Source of the DNA: Lytechinus pictus
Lineage: Eukaryota
Direction of reading: 5' to 3'
NCBI RefSeq assembly: GCF_037042905.1
Contig: NC_087250.1
Location: forward strand, 19,842,001-19,906,000
DNA length: 64,000 nt
The position numbers and the translations under genes are program-made. Under the pieces are notes generated by a model. That model was not told the DNA's origin and did no database searches. It was given only the letters and a program-made list of their open reading frames with translations. Numbering within the stretch: the first letter of the stretch is position 1; the number at the start of each line of letters is the position of its first letter. Of this stretch, positions 26,238-38,972 are shown in pieces.

Positions 26238-28114
26238 ATGTGATGCGGCCCATTTACTGAAAATAAAATCCGTCGATTACCTTTTCGTGGTCACCATCTT
26301 AAAGCTTTAAGGTAACTTGTGTGGGCAAACTCTACATATCAAATCAAATATTGTTTTAACTCTGTGATCTCTAACCTAATTTTCATTGTTGAATTCCATT
26401 CAAGGAAAGAATATATAGATTTGTGGCCTTTGTGAATACAATTAATGTCTGTGAAAATGTGAATAAATGATAAAGATAAGGTAATTGTGTGACTACTGTT
26501 TCATTCTGTGCAGTTTGAAATTCCCTTTACACATGGGTTTTACCGCCTGAACACGTGTGGTTACTCTATATCCAAATGTGCATACCCAATTCTCCACAAC
26601 ATCATGGTAATGATTTAACCATTATGGATTAAGGAAATTTGCAGCCACCCCTATTTTTCCCAAAGTTAGTAGAATTGGTCTTAATTGAAAATACAAAACA
26701 ATGTTTTTTCATTGATAAAGCCCCTCCCCCCCCCCCCGTGTTCCTAGTATTTCATCCTTTAAAATAATAAACTAGTGGTGGTATTAATTAGCAAATGCAA
26801 TGTAAAAGATCTGTATTAGCTCACATTAACAAAATAAAATCAATTTTTTGTGCAATTAATCAAGCACAGATTTGCCCACGAATAATTAAATCTCTTTTCC
26901 CAATTATATCAAAAGCTTAAACACTTTGACCACGAATGAATGCATGTATGAGAACAAGACTTATTTTAAAAATCGCGTACATCATACTCTCGATAATAAA
27001 AAGAAATGCACCATTTTTACGCCAAAAAAGAACGTTAATTTTAATGCAAAAATGAAAATTCGTAGAAACACGTACCTTTGAAAGTAACAACACCAGACTC
27101 TCAGGCCCGTATTCTGAAGTCGGGTTTAACTTAGACCATGGTCTAACTCTGTGTTAAAATGTTGGGAAGCCAAATGTTTCAAAATTTTGTTTACAGTAAA
27201 TGCTTCTCATGTTTACTGCATGTGCTCTTTACTAATTCTTTCATGGTGAAGACAACTGTCATACTTATCCTTCCCAGGCAGTTAATAATGTTTTGGGAGT
27301 CAAATGAGCTGATACATTGAACCTCTACTGTTATAGATTTATGTAACAACTGGCTTTCCATAGTTAAACCACAACTTAAAACCAGAGTTTAAATTAAACC
27401 CGACTTTAGAATACGGGCCTCAATATCTCATAGGGTTAGAGTAAGGACGGCAATAGAGCTTTTGGTTCAGAATATTGTAAAGATTCAACGGAGTAATTGT
27501 CACCGGAGCCCCGGGCGGGAGAAAATGTCATATGGGACCCAGGGCCTTCGGAACGATTTTAATGGGGGTGCTGATGTAAATTTGAAAAGGAAAAAAAAAG
27601 AAAAGAGAAAGGTTCTCAATACGAAATGAAGGCGATTTTCTTAAAGAAAAAAATTAAAAAGCCCCCCCCCCAAAAAAAAAAAAGAATGGGGGGGGGGGGT
27701 TCTTAGGTTACAAAATTGAGGTCATTTCCGTCCGAGAAATTTGAAAAGCAAAAGAAAAAAGTTTTAACCACAATATGTAGGTCATTTTGGTTCCGAGAAA
27801 TTTTAAAAGCAAAAAAAATTTAAAAAAGTTTTTCACGACAAAATGATGGTCATTTTCATTTATATTTTCCCCTTTTTTCACATCTTCAGTAATTTAAGGG
27901 GGTGCTGCTGCCTATGAAGAATTATACACGCAGCACCCCTCTTCCCAGGGACACGATGGAACCCCTCAAATTAACGAAGCTTTGAATAAGATATGACGGG
28001 CCTATATGATATTCACCCTCTACATAAGGTTTGGGTATTTACTTGGATAGAGGATTGGTGGAGAGATGTGTGGGTGGGGGTGGGGTATGCGCATGATATG
28101 GGCCGAGGGGGGGG

Positions 28115-29600
28115 GGGTATGTGAGGATGTGTCATGAGAGAAATGAGGGAAGAGAGAGAGAGAGAGAGAGTGAGAGGGGGGGTATGTGAGGATGTGTATA
28201 TGTCATGAGAGAAATGAGGGGGGAGAGATAGAGAGGGGGAGAGAGAGTGAGAGGGGGGTATGTGAGGATGTGTATATGTCATGAGAGAAATGAGTGGGGG
28301 GGGGGGGAGAGAATGAGAGGGGGGTATGTGAGGATGTGTATATGTCATGAGAGAAATGAGGGGGAGAGAGAGAGAGTGAGAGGGGGGTATGTGAGGATGT
28401 GTATATGTCATGAGAGAAATGAGGGGGGAGAGATAGAGAGGGGGAGAGAGAGTGAGAGGGGGGTATGTGAGGATGTGTATATGTCATGAGAGAAATGAGG
28501 GGGGAGAGATAGAGAGGGGGAGAGAGAGTGAGAGGGGGGTATGTGAGGATGTGTATATGTCATGAGAGAAATGAGGGGAGAGAGAGGGAGAGGGGGAGAG
28601 AGAGTGAGAGGGGGGTATGTGAGGATGTGTATATGTCATGAGAGAAATGAGGGGGGAGAGATAGAGAGGGGGAGAGAGAGTGAGAGGGGGGTATGTGAGG
28701 ATGTGTATATGTCATGAGAGAAATGAGGGGAGAGAGAGGGAGAGGGGGAGAGAGAGTGAGAGGGGGGTATGTGAGGATGTGTATATGTCATGAGAGAAAT
28801 GAGGGGAGAGAGAGGGAGAGGGGGAGAGAGAGTGAGAGGGGGGTATGTGAGGATGTGTATATGTCATGAGAGAAATGAGTGGGGGGGGGGAGAGAATGAG
28901 AGGGGGGTATGTGAGGATGTGTATATGTCATGAGAGAAATGAGGGGGGAGAGATAGAGAGGGGGAGAGAGAGTGAGAGGGGGGTATGTGAGGATGTGTAT
29001 ATGTCATGAGAGAAATGAGTGGGGGGGGGAGAGAATGAGAGGGGGGTATGTGAGGATGTGTATATGTCATGAGAGAAATGAGGGGGAGAGAGAGAGAGTG
29101 AGAGGGGGGTATGTGAGGATGTGTATATGTCATGAGAGAAATGAGGGGGGAGAGATAGAGAGGGGGAGAGAGAGTGAGAGGGGGGTATGTGAGGATGTGT
29201 ATATGTCATGAGAGAAATGAGGGGAGAGAGAGGGAGAGGGGGAGAGAGAGTGAGAGGGGGTATGTGAGGATGTGTATATGTCATGAGAGAAATGAGGGGA
29301 GAGAGAGGGAGAGGGGGAGAGAGAGTGAGAGGGGGGTATGTGAGGATGTGTATATGTCATGAGAGAAATGAGGGGGGAGAGATAGAGAGGGGGAGAGAGA
29401 GTGAGAGGGGGGTATGTGAGGATGTGTATATGTCATGAGGGGGGGGGGAGAGGGAGAGAGAGAGAATGAGAGGGGGGTATGTGAGGATGTGTATATGTCA
29501 TGAGAGAAATGAGGGGAGAGAGAGAGAGAATGAGTGAGAGGGGGGGGGGTATGTCAGGATGTGTATATGTCATGAGAGAAATGAGGGGAGAGAGAGAGAG
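28115..29600 (+). repeat. Second array of the same minisatellite
   Basis: Same units and the same order of unit variants as 24925-26237, plus extra terminal units. Confidence 0.97.
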
Positions 29601-30255
29601 AGAGGGGTGATACGGAGAGAGCATTCCAAAATATGCAATAAATATTATTGAGGGTGCGACGTTCATGAGAAAGGTATATAGAGTGAATGAGGGGGATAGG
29701 GAGATATTATGGAACAATAAGAAATAAGCAAAATCTATCACGAAGTTAAGAAAGAAGAAGTAAGGGGAAGGTGGGGGCAGCGGAGGAAGACAAAATATGA
29801 CATTATTATTTCATATTTTATTATTACTATTATTATTATTATCATTAATATTATTATTTTTAGAAATAAATAGTTTAAAGACCCACAACTCGATCTCGTT
29901 TTATTATCGCGACATTTGCTCCGGTCTTAATAACTGAGAGATCATGGCGTTATCGGACAAGTCCTGCATGTTTCATCCGACTGTTACCATGGTAACATTG
30001 CTTCTCCGCCAATCAAAATCAAGGAAAGATGTCAGACCTGACAACTTGTCCCACAAAAATGTTGATGAAATGCTCCCAGATCATATGATCGTAATAGAGT
30101 TTTGGGTTCACAGCAATGTAGGCCCTAAATATATTTGTATATATGAATTCGGATTTATTTGGCTTTGGAGGTTATAGCTTTCATATTTTGCTCAAGTAAC
30201 ATTTGCCATGGAACAGTTTTATCAATATCCCAATTAAACTGTTTTACAATATGGA

Positions 30256-30332
30256 TATTATTATTATTTTTTATTTAAACAAGTGCACATAGCATTTCCA
30301 TTTATTTGAAAGCAGGATAAAAGAGCAATGTA
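30256..30332 (-). mobile_element. 3' half of a tRNA-derived SINE split by the 29.4-kb element
   Basis: ATAGCATTTCCATTTATTTGAAAGCAGGATAAAAGAGCA is the reverse complement of the 3' body of the intact SINE at 62241-62424. Confidence 0.85.
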
Positions 30333-33300
30333 TACACAACAAAAAAAGTAAGCCCCCCCCTTGAACAAACATCAATAATTTCCGAACCAATACGAGTTTT
30401 TGATATATTTTTACATGAGCGTGTAGGTAATTTTATAAGCTACCATCTGAGTAAATGTTATGGATGTATTTTACGTCATGCTTCAGTGAGCACCGTCATA
30501 AGGCAAAAATGTCACTTTTCAAAAGTCACAAGCCAAAAATCATGACTTTGATTCCATTTTATTGGAACTGATTCCACATTCTTATCATGAAAAATAGTCA
30601 GAAGGCTTGTAAAAGGTACTTTCTAAAAGACGATACATTTTTTTGGCTAAATTTCACGGTTGAATAAACACAAGTCCAAATTTGCTATAATTGGATTTTT
30701 ACACATTTTCATCAATAAAAATGATAGAATATGATGACAGTTATTTTGGGGAAGAGTATCTTCAACAATATTCATCGTTTCACGGTTCAATGAACATTTA
30801 TTGAGAAAAAAAATACGGTTTTCAAATATCATAGGCAAGTATTGTTTCATTTTGGGAACTGAAACTGATCTTTTATCAATTTTTTTGTTATGTTCATGAC
30901 CAGTTAACACGCTCCAATGATTCAAAGGCGTTTAATTAAGCATTCACGCTTGAATGAACATGTGGAATGTGATTAGCTCTTTTTTACGTTATTGGAAAAA
31001 ATGCAATTTGTAACTATGGATATCTGTCTCAAACCTCCTTGCATGGTTCATTTGATTTGATTTTTATGAAAATCCCGATGTTTAATGCATCAGTGAGCAC
31101 ACAATATTCGAAAATTATGCAAATGAGAAGAAAGTTCAAGGCCTTGGCCCCACTCTGTGCCGTATCGAATTGTTATTTTGGTGTGCGCACCTTTTGGATA
31201 GTTTTACTCTGAAGCCATGTGCCAAGTTTCATGAAATAACTGTTGGCAGAAGTAACAAAAACCGTTCATGAAACAAACCCCTTATTTCATATTCGTTAAA
31301 AGTTTGACTTCCTCTCTAATAGACTTGTGTACATTATGGGTGCATATGTTTAAAGTATACATCCAAAGAATCAAAAGTATTTTATAATGACTTTATGTGG
31401 TCATCATTGTAAAGGGGAAGTATTACTAATCAGATATATAACTTCACTTTTCAAAATAGTGATCAGAGATTGCAGAAATCAGCTCTCAAAAATGATTTAT
31501 TTTCATGCCATCCCAGGTAACAAGCCAACGTTGGCTCCACGTTGGAAACTTGAAAGTCGTTGGACGTTGGGAAAACTTGATGGATTAACGTTGAATCGAC
31601 GTTGGAAACTAGTTTGATGGAAAGATGATGGACAATCAACAATGACACGACGTTGGCAACGTTGGAAACTTGTTAGTCGGAGAGTTGTTGGACAGTCGAC
31701 AATGTCACAACGTTGGAAACACGTTTGATTGGATAGTTGTTGAACAGCCAGCAAAGGCACAACGTTGGCAACGTTGGAAACTAGTTCGCTGGAAAGTTGT
31801 TGAACAACCGACAGTGGCACAACGTTGACAAAGTTGGAAACTAGTTTGTTGGAGATTTGTTGGACGGTCGACAATGGCACAACGTTGGAGACTAGTAAGT
31901 TGGAGAGTTGTTGGACAGTCGACAATGTCACAACGTTGGAGACACGTTTGATTGGATAGTTGTTGACAGCCAGCAAAGACACAACGTTGGAAACTAGTTC
32001 GCTGGAAAGTTGTTGAACAACCGACAATGGCACAACGTTGACAAAGTTGGAAACTAGTTTGTTGGAGATTTGTTGGACGGTCGACAATGGCACAACGTTG
32101 GAGACTAGTAAGTTGGAGAGTTGTTGGACAGTCGACAATGTCACAACGTTGGAGACACGTTTGATTGGATAGTTGTTGACAGCCAGCAAAGACACAACGT
32201 TGGCAACGTTGGAAACTAGTTCGCTGGAAAGTTGTTGAACAATCAACAATGACACGACGTTGGAAACTTGTTAGTTGGAGAGTTGTTGGACAGTCGACAA
32301 TGGCACAACGATGGAAATTAGTAGGTTGGAGATTAGTTGGATAGTCAACGATGACACAAGGTTGGCAACGTTGGAAACTAGTTCGATGGAAAGTTGTTGA
32401 ACAACCAACTATGGCACAACGTTGTCAAAGCTAGAAACTAGTTCGATGGAGATTTGTTGGATAGTCGACGATGGCACAACGTTGGAAACTGGTAGATTGG
32501 AGATTAGTTAGATAGTATACAATGACACAACGTTGATAAAGCTGGAAACTAGTTAGATGGAAAGTTGTTGAACAACTGACACTGGCACAACGTTGGAAAC
32601 TGGTAGATTGGAGATCAGTAGGATAGTCGACGATGACACAACGTTGGAAAGTTGTTGAACAACAGACAAAGGCACAACATTGGAAACTAGTGTGTTGGAG
32701 ATTTGTTGGACAGCCAACAACGTCACAACGTTGGAAACGCGTGTTTGATTGGATAGGTGTTGAACAGCCAACAAAGGCACAGCGTTGACTACGTCGGAAA
32801 CTAGTTCGATGGAGAGTTGCTGAACAACCGACAAAGGAACAACGTTGGAAACTATTTTCTTGGAGATTTGTTGGACAGTCGACAATGGCACAACGTTGAC
32901 AAAGTTGGAAACTAGTTTGATGGAGAGTTGTTGAACAACGGACAATGGCACAACGTGGACAGCGTAATTGGAATAGTTTATTGGACAGTTAACATTGACA
33001 CAATGTTGGAAACTATAGTTTGTTGGATATTTGTTTGACAGTCAACATAATATCCTGGCATAATATACACAGTGTTGAGAACGTTAGAAACTGGTTCATT
33101 GGAGAATTGATAATTGATAAAGTTGGCGGAGTACAGCAAGTCTGCATATGCCGACTTAACCCAAGACAAGACAAGACTACTGGCATAATTTCCAATGGGG
33201 CCAAGGGGGGGGGGTCGATCAAGTAAGTTTGCTTGTCTATCCATGTCACCCTTGGTATCCCCCAGCAATAAGGGGAAAAGAAATCGAGAGAGAAGGAAAA

Positions 33301-36300
33301 TAATGGGAAGGGAAAGAGGAACTAAAACTAAGTCTAAGGGGAAAACAAAAATAAAGATGGGGTAGAATAGAGAGGCTGCATGCACCTGGGGATGAATGTG
33401 TCGATTAATATAGAAAATAAAGAAGAAAAACAAGAAAAAAAATGTAGTTCAAGACCAGAATTTCCAGAAACGCCCTCGTCGATCCTTTGCAGCTGGCAAG
33501 GCCTTTCACAGTAAGTACGAGATATGTCATAGGCCTACCGTCACATAACTAGAAGAAATTGAAGAAGGAAATACAAGCATCAAATGTGCCTATTTAAAAA
33601 TACCATACTATTCTGATGCGCAGAATTAGTCGCGACGTCGGACTCCTTCTGTCATGTCTGTGTAGTCTGCTTCCTTCAATTTTGAACTTGAAGAATCTGG
33701 CAGAATTTGGACTGGATAGTGGATATAGATAAGTAAATTCCAGAATATCTAGTGATCTGGAACAGTACTTATAACCTGTATATTTAGGACCTACAATCTA
33801 CAGTTGAATTTTCTTTGCACTTGCAGATAATCGGTAACTGCAACCATTGATCCCCTCCGAAAGATCCCGGAGTCAGCTTCTGTGTGCGTACAGTCCGACG
33901 CTATAATATTCGTGTACTGTAAGTAGTAGTAAAGTAGTACTTAACACCAGTCACTGCACAGTATAACATACTAACTAACCTCGTAATTAGCTTGTGTGAG
34001 TGACTAATACTAACCTCGCAATACGTGTGAGTGGGAACGAGTATGCGATACCAATGGCAAGGCAACAGTCATTGGATGATTTTCAAAATTCAAGTACGTA
34101 CAGTGTTGAAATCTGGTGTTGGTGTATACTAATACTAACCTGGCAATACGTGTGAGTGTAACCCAGGGAGCTCCGGCCCGCTGTGCGGGCCGGAGCCCAG
34201 GGGCTTACCGTGTAATTCACAATACCCACGGTAGTAGCGTGAAGTATGGTCTAAATAATTATCCGAATAAATAGTTAAAACAGAAATTAAGCACTTACCA
34301 CGATTATATGGATGAAGGTCTAACGAGTGGCAGCTTCCTGACCCTTACAAAAAATTCCTGTAGTACTCTGTGATATGTACTGCAGGAAGTATCGCAGGAA
34401 AGTACTGCAGGAATTACGTGCACGTAATTTGGGACGGTACTACAGAAATGTACAACAGGAGTACAACAGGTCCGTGTCCTGTGATACTTCCTGTGGTAAT
34501 AACCGCATAAGTATGGCAGGAAGTATGACAGGACACGATCACCACAACCGCTACAACCGCTACAACCACTACCACACTACTATTAGTACTACAGGACAGT
34601 ATCACAGGATAGTATCACAGGATAGTATCACATGATAGTATGACAGGACAGTATGACAGGATAGTATGACAGGACAGTATGACAGGACAGTACTACAGGA
34701 ATACCGCAGACCAGTATCACAGGGAAGTACTACAGAACAGTATCGCAGGACAGTACTACAGGAGTACCGCAGGCTTCTGGTACTGTGTCCTGTAGTACTG
34801 TCCTGTGATACTGGTCTGGTATTCCTGTAGTACTGTCCTGTGATACTGGTCTGGTATTCCTGTAGTACTGTCCTGTGATACTGGTCTGGTATTCCTGTAG
34901 TACTGTCCTGTGATACTGGTCTGGTATTCCTGTAGTACTGTCCTGTGATACTGGTCTGGTATTCCTGTAGTACTGTCCTGTGATACTATCCTGTGGTGAT
35001 AAATAGTATGACAGGACAGTATGACAGGACAGTACTTTAGGAATTCCGCAGACCAGTATCACAGGAAAGTACTACAGAACAGTACTGCAGGAATACCAAG
35101 AGACCTTACCGCAGGACAATTCCTGCAGTACTGTCCTGTGGTATTCCTGTGATACTGATCTTTGATATCTTCTGTGGCATTATTGGTCTCATCCTGCAGC
35201 CTTCTTGTGATACTTTACTGTGGTAATCCTGCAGGGGTATTCTTGTTGATTTCCTGTGACAATCCTATGGTATTGTCCTGTAGTAGTCTGTGCGATTTTC
35301 TCACGACACCGTCCTGCACTGGTTTGTTAGGCGTAGTAGTTTGTAAGAATTTCCTGTGATCCAGCACAACAACTTTGACATCTTGACTAATGAAAAGAGG
35401 CATGAAAAAACCCACAAATTTGCAAAGACGTTAAAAGCATATTCACATACCTTTATTATGTATGAGCTGTACTATGCACAGTATAGAACATCTTTGATAT
35501 CATAAATGACTGCTAGAATAATGCAGTAACATTTCATCTTTAGGATAAGACATGTACAAAGATTTATATCCATGAACATTGAGATGCCACATGAACTACT
35601 TTCACTATTCATACATTGCTGCCATTTTGAGATCACATAAAGAAAGCTAGATTCGACCCAGAATCCTTCCCTCTAACACAACAATAAGCGATTATTATTA
35701 ATACCTTGGTCACATTCCTTGACCGGTTGCCTTACGGCGAGACAAAATCAGCAGTTTTAGGTATTCCTGTACAAACCACCCACGTGTAGCTGGTAGTAGC
35801 TGGTACAAGGATGATTAAGACTGTTAATTTTGACTCGACGTAAGGCCACGAGCCGGCGAATGTAACCAAGGCTTAACCAGTATTATGGTTGCAAAAAAAA
35901 CTGTAATAGCTGGGCAATTGCATTTTCCCCTTCTTGTCAACACCCGATTGGCTTAATACTAAAAGCAGAACATCCTTTACTCAACCATGTTATGAAACAA
36001 TGGATAACCACTTCTGCATGTACAGATAATGCATGGTGCACATACAGTAAGGGATGAAATTATGATGTGTTGATCACCAGTATAAACTTAAAGTACATGA
36101 ACGTAATCATAATCACTTCATTTTGCTCAGAATTCACTTAAGTCCATAAATACTGAAAGATATTTTTGAATGAATTTCACATGATTTAGAACGTTCACCA
36201 TAGGTTAGAAAAAATATGAACATAAGATTACTTTGCCAAAACGTAGATCAAATCTATTGAGACATTAACCTTTTTGACATTGAATAGGCATATCATTTTA

Positions 36301-37276
36301 CACAGTCTTCTTGTCTAAGAATTGCTCCAACTACGTATTGAAGGGTTATATATGAATGTAAGCATGAGCCCATCATAAACACGAAATTGCGGCATGTAAT
36401 TTGATTTGCTACATGTCATAATTGATAACTAAATGACGTTCAATACTTGATGTTGCTACATAAAATAATTAAGGTCATGTGGCAATGTGAATTCATACCT
36501 ACTCGAGTCATTTAGTAATTTCAATTAGTATATGACCTAATTAATTATGACATATAGCTCAAAATTGACTTGAATAATTATGACCAATTTGATTGACCTC
36601 AATTATTTGAAGTAGCAACATCAATTATTTAACATAAGCACTCTCAATCGAGGTGGAGTAACTCTTCTTTAGGTCATGTTACTATTCGAATTGGAACATG
36701 TCATTGTTTAGGTCATGCAGCAATTCAAATTACTTGCTCAAGTAAACAATTACAATTGTAATATCACGCAAAATGAATTAGCTGTACATGACATAATTCT
36801 GTTCTTTGATGGGCTTATGCTTCCATATATTAAGTAAATGGCTTTAATTCTTAATGATTATCCAAAAATTCATATACATAAAATAAACCAATATGAAGAG
36901 CATCATATCCAAAGTGATCACCAGTTCACCCAATGTTACAGTACAAAAATAAAAAGCTGATTTTCTTATGTACTTTCACACATGTTATACATGTGCACTG
37001 TATGTCACTTGACCCTGGCAGACAATAGAATTGACAAGCAGTGAGTCCTACATGTACATGTAGCTGCCTGGTTTGCATACTTTAATGTTATATGAATTTC
37101 AATCATGGCCATGTGCTGTTTATACACTAAATGGAGGGATCTTGTCATAATGTTATGTCAATTAAAAACTGAATAAAATCCCAATTATCCTGAATAGCTA
37201 GACTAGCCCCCTTGCAATGGACATTGTAATCTTGTTTTCTTTTACCTTTCATTATTTTTGAAAATTTTCATACAAC

Positions 37277-38205
37277 TAGGGCTGGGACTAAAACCCGGGT
37301 ACCCGAGTAGAAAAATCAATACCCGATACCCGAAAATTGCTCACCAGTATAATGTACATGTATTTGATTTGTATTGCGTAGTGTAAGACATGATTGTAAC
37401 TCATTACAAAAGTACACAAGCCTCATTTTGAATTTCACCAATTACCCTCTAAATATCCATAAATATACAAGTTTTCAAGTGATGATGATGTGACCGAGAT
37501 CGTTCAATCATCGCCATGTTTCTTTTGCAGCGCAGTGACGTCATCCAGCCACTGCGACGCAAACCAATTTATGAATGAAAATATAGTAAGCATGCGCATT
37601 GCAAGCCTCAGCCCCACGCAGTATTACGTCAAAACAAGTCTGCAATACTCTGTCACCTCATACCAAAATCGACCTACGAAGCACCAGCCAATCACGTTCT
37701 TGTTACCATTTTTAGTTCATCATAAACCGAAAATGGGAACACGATCGTGATTGGCTGGCGCATTTGACGCTCCGAAACCCGGAAATCAATTGACTTTGTT
37801 CACGTAGCGATACAAACTCACGAACACGATGTAATATCGATGCTACTTCGTAAGATTTTGACGGAAAAGCAAGAATAAAAATTTGCTTACCTGTGCAGTA
37901 TCGGTGAGAAAACCTTTTATAATTCATATGATATATAGGAAAGTGGAATTCTAGGTCGATTTTGGTACGAGGTGACAGAGTATTGAAACTTGTTTCGATG
38001 GAATACTGCGTGGGGCACGGGAGGCTTGCAATGCGCATGCTTACTATATTTTCATTCATAAATTGGCTTGCATCGCATTGGCTTGATGACGTCACCTATG
38101 GGGTTTTTCCACCAGTCATATTTCAAGTGACATGATTTTCAGGTACCCACCCGAAAATTACCACGGGTACCCGAAGAGAAAAAAAACCCGAAAGTCCCAG
38201 GCCTA
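37277..38205. mobile_element. hAT-like MITE with 8-bp TSD CATACAAC, containing an internal inverted repeat (about 37535-37675 vs 37950-38095)
   Basis: TIR TAGG(G/C)CTGGGACT; perfect TSD; ACCCG subterminal repeats. Confidence 0.88.
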
Positions 38206-38972
38206 CATACAACTCTTTGTTTTTTTTTATACTTTATCAAAGCTTTTATGATTATAAATGTAATTAAATAATTTGACTTGATAAATGTATATTACTGGTA
38301 TACTAATTGTGAATTTTTAGCAAGAAACAGTATTTGTGTTGGATTAATACATAAAAATGTTGCGAAATTTCGGAACAGCGTACCCAGGCATCACAAATTT
38401 GGTCTCAAAAGATGTGCAAGACTTGAAAGTAAAAAGGCAGCTAACAGCCTCCCAGTTATTAACCCTTAGTTAAATTGGACCAATTTGACCCCCCCCCCCT
38501 TCCAAAAATTTGGCGACCATGCTGTCGCACAATTTTTTTAAAACATGCCTCTTTCTAGTCTTGTGCATCTTTTGAGACCAATCTTGTGTCACCCGGTACG
38601 TGGTTCTGTAATAACGTGACATTATGTAAGTACATGTCATACCAAAAATTGCTAAAAAACGTGATTTTGTGTACAAAGTCAATGCAATAGAGGAAAAAGT
38701 ATGATTTTGTATTCTAATTACGCATAAATTAGTATTATCACTTACTAACAATTTGCGTGAAATAATTTACAATTTAATTTTGTAAATTATGCCCTAGACA
38801 ACCCATGTGCCAATGTTAGACGCGATTGTGCGGTCAAGATCTCAAGGAAGGGGGGGGGCCCTGGAAACCCCCCCTCCCCCCTTCCCCGGCCATATCAACT
38901 CCCAAAATACCCTGGCTTTAGTTGACTTTCTGGCTCCTCTTGAGTAGTCACCATTCATTGGACAGCTTGTTT

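Larger units (their letters stand above)
23053..29427 (+). repeat. 3.19-kb head-to-tail tandem duplication (23053-26237 and 26243-about 29427)
   Basis: ATGCGGCCCATTTACTG at 23053 and 26243 (period 3190); near-identical apart from homopolymer lengths and a C/T at 24283/27473. Confidence 0.95.

Noticed and set aside
24802..29741. Many His/Pro/Ser-rich or Arg/Glu/Gly-rich ORFs
   Set aside because: Translations of the minisatellite.
31503..32951. Long ORFs (250, 132, 138 and 184 aa; VVQQLS/VSNVV repeats), including their mirror copies at 48417-49694
   Set aside because: Translations of the CAACGTTG subterminal repeat arrays; frames shift between units and no domain is recognisable.
31512..33010. 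CRISPR-like appearance of the palindromic CAACGTTGGAAAC repeats
   Set aside because: The intervening sequences are themselves repeated and similar, there are no cas genes, the context is eukaryotic, and the array abuts a TIR.
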